A stretch of DNA of 64,000 bases from an uncultured Pseudomonadota bacterium (GCA_963836235.1 CAWIIP010000005.1:128001-192000); one strand, 5' to 3'; counted from the stretch's first letter, positions 18,852 to 27,917 are shown. The notes: generated from the letters alone by a model not told the origin. Made by a program: numbers and translations.

Positions 18852-19268
18852 GTGAAAAAAATTCTCTTCCTTTGCGTAGCCAATTCGGCCCGAAGCCAAA
18901 TGGCCGAAGGATTAGCTAAGGCGATTTTGGGGGACAAGGCACTCATCCAAAGCGCCGGTTCCAAACCATCGAGAGTGAACCCTTTCGCCATTAAAGCCCT
19001 TGCTGAGATCGGAATCGACATTTCCCTCAACAGGTCCAAATCAGTGGATGAGATCGACCCTTCCACGGTGGACACGGTCATCACCCTTTGCGCCGAGGAG
19101 GAATGTCCGGTTTTTCTGGGCAAGGCGGAACGTCTTCATTGGGGCCTCCCCGATCCAGCCACCGATCATGGAACCGATGAGGAAAAGCTCATGAAATTTC
19201 GAGAGATTCGAGATGAAATAAAGAAAAGAATACAGAATCAATATTCCCATCTTCTTCAAAAAAGCTAA
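18852..19268 (+). CDS. arsC: arsenate reductase (thioredoxin/LMW-PTP type)
   Basis: [29 protein letters not shown]. Confidence 0.9.
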   Translation: MKKILFLCVANSARSQMAEGLAKAILGDKALIQSAGSKPSRVNPFAIKALAEIGIDISLNRSKSVDEIDPSTVDTVITLCAEEECPVFLGKAERLHWGLPDPATDHGTDEEKLMKFREIRDEIKKRIQNQYSHLLQKS

Positions 19269-19272
19269 GACC

Positions 19273-19341
19273 TTAAGCGAGTTTTTCTTGAATTGACCGG
19301 AACGAACCCTTCAGGGCGAGAATGGCCGCGCCATAGGTCGG
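19273..19341 (-). pseudogene. internally deleted second copy of the xylB 3' end
   Basis: Translates PTYGAAILALKGSFRSIQEKLA*; xylB has PAYGAAVLAM (20308-20337) and LKNSFRSIQEKLS* (20128-20169). Confidence 0.85.
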
Positions 19342-19356
19342 GCGGCTTCCTGGTAT

Positions 19357-19686
19357 TTATCGCTTTGTTTTGGACATTGAAAAATCGCGGTTCGCCCGGA
19401 CCGTCTTCGCCTTGCCCGCCTTGAAATCCTCTAAATCCTTCAACATTTCCTTTTCTTCCCGGGGAGAAGCGGGTCGGAACTGCAGGGAAGAAGTGTGTTT
19501 CATGACGACATCATGGATTTCTCGGGCGATCTTATGGGCGTGGGTGTTTTGCCCCAATTCCTCGTGGAGTGTTTTTTCGACCGCATGGTCGATAAAGGCG
19601 TTAACACTGCGGTATTTCAGCTTATGAACGGCGAATTTCTCAAGCAATTTCCGGTCCATCTTGGTGCGATAAGAAATGACGCTCAT
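19357..19686 (-). CDS. ribbon-helix-helix antitoxin-like protein (cassette 1)
   Basis: N-terminal VISYR strand, SVNAFIDHAVE helix; homologous to 28688-29005. Confidence 0.65.
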   Translation of the reverse strand: MSVISYRTKMDRKLLEKFAVHKLKYRSVNAFIDHAVEKTLHEELGQNTHAHKIAREIHDVVMKHTSSLQFRPASPREEKEMLKDLEDFKAGKAKTVRANRDFSMSKTKR

Positions 19687-19710
19687 CGAGACCCCCTTGG
19701 CTTCTTACCA

Positions 19711-19739
19711 ATTGTAGTCTCTTTGTAGTTCATTTTCAA
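19711..19739 (-). promoter_or_regulatory. sigma70 promoter with direct-repeat operator
   Basis: TTGAAA-17 bp-TACAAT overlapped by ACTACAA twice at 11-bp period. Confidence 0.75.
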
Positions 19740-19742
19740 CGT

Positions 19743-20009
19743 TTAACGCGAACTGAATTCGGTCACGTAAAGATGGATAAACTCGGCCCTTTCCTCCACC
19801 ACGATCACTTTGATAATAAAGGGAATATGGTGGTCGGAAACAAAGGTTTCCTTGCCGAACTCCCTGCGAAGCCTTCCCCATCCTTCGGGAGGGAAATCGA
19901 ACAGCTCTCGATAGTACCTTTGGGCCAGGCCCCCGAGCCTTTTATCCCCGCAAAGCCCTTCAAATTCATCAAAAGCGCTTTGTTTGAAATCGACTATTAC
20001 TTTTTTCAT
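19743..20009 (-). CDS. RelE/ParE-like small protein with FPPExW motif (cassette 1)
   Basis: 88 aa with beta-alpha-alpha-beta3 pattern; homologous to 29073-29336. Confidence 0.55.
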   Translation of the reverse strand: MKKVIVDFKQSAFDEFEGLCGDKRLGGLAQRYYRELFDFPPEGWGRLRREFGKETFVSDHHIPFIIKVIVVEERAEFIHLYVTEFSSR

Positions 20010-20046
20010 TCACAACTTCCAGTTTAAAACCAATACGATGACAATC

Positions 20047-20075
20047 ATTTTATGTATACGCTTGTATACCATCAA
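20047..20075 (-). promoter_or_regulatory. sigma70 promoter with direct-repeat operator
   Basis: TTGATG-17 bp-TAAAAT; the spacer is GTATACA-agc-GTATACA. Confidence 0.6.
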
Positions 20076-20127
20076 TCAAAAGACTGGTCAACAGTTTGAT
20101 GCTGTTATTTGTTCAGGGCTGAAAAGG

Positions 20128-21657
20128 TTATGAGAGTTTTTCTTGAATCGACCTAAACGAATTCTTCAACTCCGGATAGAGCTTACGAAACTCCGCATAC
20201 CAGCCGTTATAGACCTTCACATGTTTCGTCCGGGGGTGGGTGCGGCTAGCCACCCGTATCAACTTGGAACAGGCCGCCGGGACCGAGGGGTAAAGATGGG
20301 CACCCACCATGGCGAGAACGGCCGCCCCATAGGCCGGGCCTTCCTCGCTGTTCACGGTTACCACTTCTTCCCCGTAAATATCGGCTTGCAGTTGCCGCTG
20401 GAAGGGGTTTGCCGCCCCGCCACCGGTAGCTACCACCCGCCGGATGGGGACTTTCAATTCCCGGAAAATTTCCAAGGAATCTCTCATGCCGAAGATCATT
20501 CCCTCAAAGACCGCCCTGGCGAAATGTGCCCGTCCATGCCGGGCGCTGATGCCCACGAAAGCCCCGCGCGCGTAAGCGTCCTTATGGGGGGTTCTTTCAC
20601 CCATTAAGTAGGGGAGAAACAATAACCCCTCGCTTCCCTCAGGCGCCTTTTGTGCCTCATCACTCAGGGTGTTATAACCACCTCTCCCAGTCCTATTCCC
20701 CTGCTCCTTTTCATAAAGCCCCAGGCTGTCCCGGTACCACTGCAAAGAATAGCCCGCCGAAAGCATGACGCCCATGAGGTACCACTTTTTCGGCACACTG
20801 TGGCAAAAGCTGTGGACGCGAAGCTTCGGGTCCACCTTCACCTGATCGGTATGGGCGAAGAAAACGCCGGAAGTACCTAGGCTGGCCATGACATCCCCAG
20901 TTTGGATAATCCCGTTCCCCACCGCCCCGCAGGTATTGTCTGCCCCGCCGCCCACCACGGGCGTCCCCACCTTGAGCCCCAAGGCCTTGGCCGCATCAGG
21001 CGTCAAATGCCCGCAGATATCCTGGGATTCCACTACCTGGGGAAACCACAAGAGTGGAATGCCTAATTTGGTCAGGATTTCCTTCGACCATCGGCGGTTC
21101 TTCACGTCGAAATAAAGGGTGCCCGCGGCATCCGAAACCTCGGTGGCTAGAGCACCGGTCAGCTTGTAGCGCACATAATCCTTGGGCATGAGCACCTGGG
21201 CGATTTGGGCGTAAATCTTGGGCTCGTGCTTTTTGACCCAGAGGATTTTGGGCAAGGTAAAGCCCTCTAGCGCCGGGTTGGAAACCCATTTTCGAAGGCT
21301 GTTCTCTCCCACTTTGCGGGTGATTTCCAAGCATTCCGCATGGGTACGGGTATCGCACCAAAGAAGCGCCGGACGAAGGACTTTGCCCTTCTTATCCAGG
21401 AAAACCGAGGAATGCATTTGTCCTGAAAAACCAAGGCTTTTCACATCTTGGGGCCTAACCCTGGCCTTGCGGACGGCCCCAGAAATGGCCTGAAAAGCCG
21501 CCTTAACCCAGGTGTCCGGGTCTTGTTCCGCCCACCCTGGATGGGGTGTTAGAAGAGGATATTCGACCGTTACTTTGGAAAGTATCTTCCCCGCCTCCGA
21601 AACCACGATGGCCTTGGTGCCGGATGTTCCAATGTCACAACCGATTACATAGGACAT
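20128..21657 (-). CDS. xylB: xylulokinase
   Basis: GCDIGTSGTK, SGQMHS, LWCDTR, GGGADN, PYLMGERTPH; in the xylA cluster. Confidence 0.93.
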   Translation of the reverse strand: MSYVIGCDIGTSGTKAIVVSEAGKILSKVTVEYPLLTPHPGWAEQDPDTWVKAAFQAISGAVRKARVRPQDVKSLGFSGQMHSSVFLDKKGKVLRPALLWCDTRTHAECLEITRKVGENSLRKWVSNPALEGFTLPKILWVKKHEPKIYAQIAQVLMPKDYVRYKLTGALATEVSDAAGTLYFDVKNRRWSKEILTKLGIPLLWFPQVVESQDICGHLTPDAAKALGLKVGTPVVGGGADNTCGAVGNGIIQTGDVMASLGTSGVFFAHTDQVKVDPKLRVHSFCHSVPKKWYLMGVMLSAGYSLQWYRDSLGLYEKEQGNRTGRGGYNTLSDEAQKAPEGSEGLLFLPYLMGERTPHKDAYARGAFVGISARHGRAHFARAVFEGMIFGMRDSLEIFRELKVPIRRVVATGGGAANPFQRQLQADIYGEEVVTVNSEEGPAYGAAVLAMVGAHLYPSVPAACSKLIRVASRTHPRTKHVKVYNGWYAEFRKLYPELKNSFRSIQEKLS

Positions 21658-21733
21658 AACGCCTCCTTACTTCGACCAATTTGTGAACCCTAAGATTCAA
21701 TGTTACTCTTCAATTTAAAACTCATTAATTTAG

Positions 21734-22141
21734 TTATTTCGCTTTCCGACTAATGTGATGACATAGATATGGGGTTATTTGAGCGATCTCCTGTTTGTAT
21801 TTTTCATATTCTAAGGAACGAGTTTTCCTAACATCAGCGTCTGCGGGTCCTTTAGATGACGTCCAATCTCCTAAATGTGCCCGACAAACCCATTCTTTTT
21901 CCTGTGCTAGGTCCACCCATTTGGTATGCGGTTCATTGTAAAATTCATTAACCATTTCATAGTTCCGCATAGCATCTTTAAAATCCTTCAGCCCCCAAAA
22001 GTGCTCACCTTTTTCATAACAGACCTGGGCCTTATCCATTTTTTCATGATTAGTCTGATTAACTAAAAGCCAACCTCTAACCCCCACAATCAAAAGGATA
22101 ATAAAAACTCCTAATATTTTATTGATTCTTTTTATATTCAT
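21734..22141 (-). CDS. AT-rich membrane-anchored hypothetical protein (TPR-like helix)
   Basis: N-terminal TM helix; visibly lower GC than flanks. Confidence 0.6.
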   Translation of the reverse strand: MNIKRINKILGVFIILLIVGVRGWLLVNQTNHEKMDKAQVCYEKGEHFWGLKDFKDAMRNYEMVNEFYNEPHTKWVDLAQEKEWVCRAHLGDWTSSKGPADADVRKTRSLEYEKYKQEIAQITPYLCHHISRKAK

Positions 22142-22204
22142 TTATTGCAACCTTAAATCTGAATAAATCACCGCCACAGACTAGAGCCTCAACTTCAAAC
22201 CCCT

Positions 22205-23290
22205 TCAACTTTTGACGATTAAAATATCCGGCCTCAGGTATTCCTTCCCCTCATACTTCACCTTCACCATAGGCCAGTGGGGCGTTGGGGTTAAAAGCTC
22301 CAGCCCTTTCCCCGTCAACAAAACCGTATCTTCGCTTTTGGTACCGGTGATGGAAGGGTTCCAGGCCAAAGCTTGGTTCTCCACCAGCCGATGGGAACAA
22401 TCTGGGGTGGCCAGGTAATCCCTTGTCTCGTAGCCCGTAGGCCCGCCCTGGTGGTGTTTTTTCCACTCACCCGGAAAACCCTGGGCCGCATATTCCGAAA
22501 CCCCCGCCTCAAACACTTCCTTGGCTTCCACCCCCGGCCGGCTTTTGGCCCACATGGCGCATTCCACCCTCAGGCAGGCCTCGTGACGCCACCTCAACTC
22601 CGCCGATATTGGCCCGAAATGGACAATTCGGGTAAGGTTGGCGATCAGTCCGTAGCCCTTGGCACAAATGACCATCATGACGGTCTTCGCAATCTTGCGG
22701 TTTGTCGGGAGGGGATGGCGGTAACGCTTGAGCCTTTCATCCGAGCCGACCAGGATGACCGTCGCCTCTAAACCCCGGCCTACCAGTTCCCGTGAAAGCT
22801 CGGCAGCTACCTGGTTTTCCCGCCAGCCCTTTCGAATCCGCTTACCAACCACCTCCATGGCCTCACCCGAAAGCTTCCCCACTTTCCGGTAACGTTGGAT
22901 TTCCTCCGGCAACAGGCTCCAGCGCAGTTTCGCGATGTCTTCTTTGAGGGACGGCAACCCATAGGCCCCATCGTCCGAAACGGCCTTTTTAAAGGGAAAA
23001 TGGGGTGTTTCGTACCAGGGGTGGACCCGGTAGGTGAAGGGTAGGCCCTTGGCCTCCTCCTCTTGGAACCTCTTCTCCTCGATGGAATTACACCAAAGTT
23101 CCACGGCCTTGGGGGTCACCCAAAGGGAGGCCACCCCCTTTTCCACGTCGGAACGGATGTGGTTGGTGCGCCCCCCGGTCAGCCAGGAGAAATTGGCCCG
23201 GCTGGAAAGCAGGACACCTTGAAGGAAACGGGCTTTGAGGAAGCCCCGAAGGCGCTGAAGTTTTTCTTTTAATTCAAGGCTGGAAGCCAT
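22205..23290 (-). CDS. M24/creatinase-fold protein
   Basis: NFSWLTGG, RHP, ANLTR, HHQGG, WNPS, KSEDT. Confidence 0.82.
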   Translation of the reverse strand: MASSLELKEKLQRLRGFLKARFLQGVLLSSRANFSWLTGGRTNHIRSDVEKGVASLWVTPKAVELWCNSIEEKRFQEEEAKGLPFTYRVHPWYETPHFPFKKAVSDDGAYGLPSLKEDIAKLRWSLLPEEIQRYRKVGKLSGEAMEVVGKRIRKGWRENQVAAELSRELVGRGLEATVILVGSDERLKRYRHPLPTNRKIAKTVMMVICAKGYGLIANLTRIVHFGPISAELRWRHEACLRVECAMWAKSRPGVEAKEVFEAGVSEYAAQGFPGEWKKHHQGGPTGYETRDYLATPDCSHRLVENQALAWNPSITGTKSEDTVLLTGKGLELLTPTPHWPMVKVKYEGKEYLRPDILIVKS

Positions 23291-23298
23291 AAACCCTC

Positions 23299-23415
23299 TT
23301 GAACCACCAAGTTCACCAAGGACACCAAGAAAGGCAAATTGAACTTTTCTTAAATCAAAGAATGTTTTTTTGTCGTTCGTAGTTCTTGGTGAACTTGGTG
23401 CCCTTGGTGGTTCAA
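23299..23415. repeat. REP-like inverted repeat built from CACCAAGnn nonamers
   Basis: Arms 23299-23331 and 23383-23415 are near-complementary. Confidence 0.8.
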
Positions 23416-23419
23416 ACTC

Positions 23420-24709
23420 TTATTTTTTAAAATATTTCTCATTAATTTCTTTGGTGATCGCCGGGACGACTTCCGCTACCGTCTTTTCACCCAGCCAAAC
23501 CTTGTCCATGGCGGGACCCAGTTCTCCAAAAAGAATTTCGCTCCAGTTTGAGATGAAGGGCTGGAAATGAGAATAGTTCGGCATATCCAACAAGATGGCC
23601 TTATGTTCCGCCCCTGGGGCCTTGAGGAAAACATCCGATTGGGCCAGTTTGATGAGAGCGGGTTGGATCATGCCGTTGGTGGTCAATTGGGAGACCGAGG
23701 CCTCGCTGGCCAGTTCCTTGACGACGATCCAAGCTAGGTCTTTGTTTTTCGAGCTCTTAGACATGGCGTAACCCGACCCCCCAGTTCCCCATCCCTTGAC
23801 CCCTCCGGGCCCGGCGGGAAACTCCGCCACGTCAAAATCCAGGTTCTTCGCCAACAGAAAGCCAGGGGTCTGCCATATCCCCGAACAAAGCATCGCCGCC
23901 TCCCCGTTCATGAACATCTGCATTTGGCCCGTGCTGAAGTTGAAGGCATGGATCTGCGAGGGATCGGGCGAGACGTGGTATTTCTGGATCATGTCGCGGC
24001 GGAATTGGATGCCTTCCATGGCTTTTGGCTCGTCCAGGGTAAGCCGGGTAGGATGGTCCGTATCGTCCACCCAATTGCCCCCATTGGAGAAGACAAAGTT
24101 TTCATATTGAATATCATTGGCGTCGATAAAAGCCCATTGGGTTACATGGCCCGCCGCGTCCTTCTTCGTCAGCTTTTGACAGATGGAAAGGAAAGGCTCG
24201 GGCCAAGTCCAGCTTCCGTCCGGATAGGGCAGGCCCGCGTCCCGGAACATCTTGCGGTTGTAGAAAACCAGTCCCATTGGCGCCGTGTCCTGCGGCAGGG
24301 CGTAAACCTTGCCGCCCGGGCTGAAGCGAGTCAGTACACCCGGATAGTAGCCCTTCAAGTCCACCCCATCCTTCTGGACATAGGGTGTCAGATCCTCGAA
24401 AACATCCCTCAAATAAAGATCAACGAAGTTGTTAACTTCCACGTAGATCACGTCGGGGGCGTCGCCCCCAGCCAATTGAGTGGTGAGCTTTTGCTGGTAT
24501 TCGTTATAGGGGATGTTGTCGATTTGGATTTGGAGACCCGGATGACGCTTTTCAATGTCCGACACGACAGCGTGGAGCTTTTCGATCAGGACCGGGTCAG
24601 TCATGAACTGGGCCAGATGAATGGTGCTGCTTTCTTTTTTCATCAGACAGCCCGTATTCAGAACCAGAACCAACAAGGCCGGAATCCAGATCAACTGTTT
24701 CATTTTCAT
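23420..24709 (-). CDS. sugar ABC transporter substrate-binding lipoprotein
   Basis: Lipobox-like NTGC, GDAPDV, VFYNRKMF, FMNGEAAM. Confidence 0.9.
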   Translation of the reverse strand: MKMKQLIWIPALLVLVLNTGCLMKKESSTIHLAQFMTDPVLIEKLHAVVSDIEKRHPGLQIQIDNIPYNEYQQKLTTQLAGGDAPDVIYVEVNNFVDLYLRDVFEDLTPYVQKDGVDLKGYYPGVLTRFSPGGKVYALPQDTAPMGLVFYNRKMFRDAGLPYPDGSWTWPEPFLSICQKLTKKDAAGHVTQWAFIDANDIQYENFVFSNGGNWVDDTDHPTRLTLDEPKAMEGIQFRRDMIQKYHVSPDPSQIHAFNFSTGQMQMFMNGEAAMLCSGIWQTPGFLLAKNLDFDVAEFPAGPGGVKGWGTGGSGYAMSKSSKNKDLAWIVVKELASEASVSQLTTNGMIQPALIKLAQSDVFLKAPGAEHKAILLDMPNYSHFQPFISNWSEILFGELGPAMDKVWLGEKTVAEVVPAITKEINEKYFKK

Positions 24710-24759
24710 GCCTTACGCCTCCTGTTTGGAAAAACAATAAAACTTAAAGCAAAGACTCT

Positions 24760-24877
24760 TTGAACCACGAAGACACAAAGAGCACCAAGGAAGACGAAAA
24801 TCCGATTGGATAAAAACAACTTTAATTCATTTCTGCTTTTCGATTTTCTTGGTGCCCTTTGTGCCTTCGTGGTTCAA
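24760..24877. repeat. second copy of the same REP-like inverted repeat
   Basis: TTGAACCACGAAGACACAAAGAGCACCAAG ... CTTGGTGCCCTTTGTGCCTTCGTGGTTCAA. Confidence 0.8.
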
Positions 24878-24894
24878 CAGTTTTTTCATAACCT

Positions 24895-25884
24895 TTACGC
24901 CGAGTCCCGGACGACCAAATGAGCTTTCAACTGCAACGTGCTGTGGACCTTTTCCTCACCCAAAATCTGGCGTATCAGTTTGTGCACGGCCTGTTTTCCT
25001 AATTCATGAAGGTCATAACCCATGGTGGTCAGGGAGGGCGTCACGAAGGCGGCCATTTCGATGTCGTCGAAACCAACTACCGCGAAAGCTCCTTCCTTTT
25101 TCTTCTGTTGCAGGGCTTTCAAGACACCGACTGCCATGCCGTCGTTCGCCGCGAAAATGGCGGTGGGGGGATGAGGCATTTCCAGGAACCTTTCTGCCGC
25201 GTCTTTTCCGGACTGAATATCATAATTTCCCTGTTGGATCAGGCTTTCGTCGAAGGCAATTCCGGCCTCCTTGAGCGCCTGGCGGTAGCCTTCTTGGCGG
25301 TCCGCCGAGTCGGTCATGTCGGTGCGCCCCGTGATGAAACCAATGCGTTTGTGACCCTTTTGGATCAGGTATTCGACGGCCTGCTTGCCTCCGTTGACAT
25401 TGTCGATGATGACGGCGGGCAGCATGTTCTCGAACCGCCGCTCGCTGGCCACCACCATGGGGAACTTGCGCTGCATGAGGGTTCGGATGAGGCCTTCCAT
25501 TTGAACCGAAGGCAGGAAAAACAGAAGGCCGTCCACCACCGGGGGTTCGGTCATGGTCCGGATAATTTCCCGCTCCTCAATTGTTCCGATGGGGAATGTC
25601 GCTAGTGTCAAAAGCTTGCCGTTACGCCGGGCTTCCTCTTCCATGCCCATAATGACCGACGCCACGTAGGGATTGAGCGAAGGCGTTACCACGCCCAAGA
25701 AACCCGTCTTGTGGGAAGCCGCCAGCCCCCGAGCGAATCGGTGGGGCCGGTACTGCATCTTCTCCATGATGCCCTTCACTCGTTGCTCGGTCTCGTACTT
25801 CACCGCCAGGCCGTTGAGCACCCGGGAGACAGTCGCCTTGGAAACCCCTGCCTTGACGGCGATTTGTTGAATCGTAACGGCCAT
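24895..25884 (-). CDS. LacI-family transcriptional regulator
   Basis: TIQQIAVKAGVSKATVSRVLN, AIFAANDGMA, VVGFDD. Confidence 0.95.
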   Translation of the reverse strand: MAVTIQQIAVKAGVSKATVSRVLNGLAVKYETEQRVKGIMEKMQYRPHRFARGLAASHKTGFLGVVTPSLNPYVASVIMGMEEEARRNGKLLTLATFPIGTIEEREIIRTMTEPPVVDGLLFFLPSVQMEGLIRTLMQRKFPMVVASERRFENMLPAVIIDNVNGGKQAVEYLIQKGHKRIGFITGRTDMTDSADRQEGYRQALKEAGIAFDESLIQQGNYDIQSGKDAAERFLEMPHPPTAIFAANDGMAVGVLKALQQKKKEGAFAVVGFDDIEMAAFVTPSLTTMGYDLHELGKQAVHKLIRQILGEEKVHSTLQLKAHLVVRDSA

Positions 25885-25910
25885 ATTTCCCCTCCAGTAA
25901 GCTCAACTTC

Positions 25911-26013
25911 GAGTTTTAAGCTCGAAGTTTTTAGTCTTGAGTTGATGAAATTTTCAATCGAGCACCCGATGGAAAACTCCAAAACTCAGCACTTAGAACC
26001 AAAACTTAAAACT
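25911..26013. repeat. degenerate heptamer tandem repeats in inverted orientation
   Basis: (nAGTTTT)x5 facing (AAAACTn)x~5. Confidence 0.55.
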
Positions 26014-27184
26014 ATTTGTTAAGGACTCCCATAAGAAGTTCTTGAAACCTTTGGTCCAGTTCCTCATAAGGCAGGCGCTTCTTCGAAATGGCCATTGGGT
26101 CAAACACCTGCTTGCGCAATTGGCTGGCGCCTTCCGCCGTGAACCGGCCCATGATGGCTTCCAGCGCGGGTTCCGTGTTGTGAAGGCTTTTGAGGATTTG
26201 CTGTATCTTCTTGTCCGAGTTGAACTGTCTCACCTTGTCCCAAAGAATGAGATAGGTTCGCATGCTGCCTTCCACGAAATCCCAAACTCCCTTTTCATCC
26301 TCGCTGCGGTAGGGATGCTCGTCAAAGTTACGGGTGCCCGCCCAATGATTGTCCTCCAAAAGCTTGACCACAAAAAAAGTTTCCTTGAGGTCTTCAGAGC
26401 CGAAACGCAGGTCCTGGTCGAAGCGGTTGGGCTTTTGGGCCCCCAGGTCCACGTGGTAAAGCTTGCCGGCTTCCATGGCTTGGCCGAAATCATGGTAGGT
26501 GTTCAGCCCGGCCATGCGGGAATGCTCGATCTCCGGGTTGACGCCGACCATCTCCGGGTAATCCAGCGTTTCAATAAAGGCAAGCACGTGGCCCGCGGTA
26601 GCCAGAAAAATGTCTCCACGCGGTTCGTTGGGCTTGGGCTCAATGGCGAACTTGTAGTCGTAGCCCTGTTGGCGCGCGTAGGAGCAAAGATAGTTCATGC
26701 ATTCCCGGTACCGCTTGAGCGATTCCTCGGGGGTCTTGGAAGCATCTACTTCGGTTCCCTCCCGGCCACCCCAGAATACGTACACCTTGGCGCCCAACTC
26801 GGCTCCCAGGTCCATGTTTTTCATGACCTTCTGCAGGGCGAAAGCCCGGACCTTGGGATCGTGGCTGGTGAAGGCTCCGTCCTTGAAAACCCTGTGGAAA
26901 AAAAGATTGGTAGTAGCCATGGCACAGACGATCTTGTAATCCTTCATGGCCTTTTTGGTGTCCTTGATGATCTTGTTGCGCAGTTGGAGGGAGGCGCCAA
27001 AGGGAATCAGGTCGTCATCATGGAAATTGAACCCATAGACGTTGCGCTTGCCCAGTTCTTTGATGTTGGTAATAGGGTCCAGGCGGGCGCGGGTTTCCTC
27101 ACCGAAGGGGTCCCGTCCGCGATTAGCCGTCGTCCAAAGCCCGAAAGAGAACCGATGCTCTTTTTTGGGTGTAAAAGAACTCAT
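26012..27184 (-). CDS. xylA: xylose isomerase (short class I type)
   Basis: FSFGLWT, FHDDDL, WGGREG, IEPKPNEPRGD, FDQDLRFG. Confidence 0.96.
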   Translation of the reverse strand: MSSFTPKKEHRFSFGLWTTANRGRDPFGEETRARLDPITNIKELGKRNVYGFNFHDDDLIPFGASLQLRNKIIKDTKKAMKDYKIVCAMATTNLFFHRVFKDGAFTSHDPKVRAFALQKVMKNMDLGAELGAKVYVFWGGREGTEVDASKTPEESLKRYRECMNYLCSYARQQGYDYKFAIEPKPNEPRGDIFLATAGHVLAFIETLDYPEMVGVNPEIEHSRMAGLNTYHDFGQAMEAGKLYHVDLGAQKPNRFDQDLRFGSEDLKETFFVVKLLEDNHWAGTRNFDEHPYRSEDEKGVWDFVEGSMRTYLILWDKVRQFNSDKKIQQILKSLHNTEPALEAIMGRFTAEGASQLRKQVFDPMAISKKRLPYEELDQRFQELLMGVLNK

Positions 27185-27226
27185 GAAAACCTCCGATAGT
27201 TGATATGTAACTTTTATGAAATTTGT

Positions 27227-27240
27227 TGCAACCGGTTTAA
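27227..27240. promoter_or_regulatory. putative LacI-family operator upstream of xylA
   Basis: TGCAACCGGTTTAA with central AACCGGTT palindrome. Confidence 0.55.
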
Positions 27241-27359
27241 CTTATCACGCATTTTTTTTAATTCAAGCAGGATAAAAGGGCTTTTTCTGGGGTTTTATTC
27301 GAGAAGAGTGGGATAGGTTGGCCCTTTGGGCGAACCCGGCCCCTTTTAGGAGATCGCGT

Positions 27360-27917
27360 CTATTCAGAAATGGGCTGGAAAGTTTTGAGGGCTGGATTAA
27401 CCATCTGGAAGGACTCAAAGAATTTTTTCATGAGTTTGAAGTCGAAGGTCTTGTCCGAAGTGGTGTAATCGAGGAAATAAAACCATTGGCGCACGAGGAA
27501 ATAGCGCCCTGCCGCCACCTGGTGGCCCGCCAAATCCACCAGCTTGAACTCGCAAGCGGGGGCATATTGGTACTTGAAGAAAAAACTGTAAGCCACCTGG
27601 GCTTTCATGTTGGCCGCGAGGCGGTTGATCATCATTCGCATGAAGGGTTCGGGGTTGGTGATCCTTTGGGGTTCCGTGTAATAGCCGAAGCCCACGCTAT
27701 AAAGCCGTCCGTCCGCGTCCGTGGCGCGCCATTCGTCACGTCCCTCGAGTTTTTGGAGCTTTACCGGTGTCGAGACGGAAAAAGACACCTCCGTCGGAAG
27801 CCGGAAAGTCACCCAGGGTTCTTCCCCACGCGCCTTACCCAATCCGAAGTTGAAAATTCCAAGGAAACAAAAAACGGCTAAAGCACCTCTGGCAAACAAT
27901 AGCGAAATTAGATTCAT
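27360..27917 (-). CDS. secreted hypothetical protein
   Basis: Signal-peptide-like N-terminus from ATG 27917; the longer ORF call overlaps the tRNA. Confidence 0.6.
   Translation of the reverse strand: MNLISLLFARGALAVFCFLGIFNFGLGKARGEEPWVTFRLPTEVSFSVSTPVKLQKLEGRDEWRATDADGRLYSVGFGYYTEPQRITNPEPFMRMMINRLAANMKAQVAYSFFFKYQYAPACEFKLVDLAGHQVAAGRYFLVRQWFYFLDYTTSDKTFDFKLMKKFFESFQMVNPALKTFQPISE

Noticed and set aside
26042-27199. 385-aa plus-strand ORF antisense to xylA (similar shadows lie over the SBP, NmrA, rpoD and rpsB genes)
   Set aside because: It mirrors the real gene codon for codon and has no motifs; this is expected from biased codon usage
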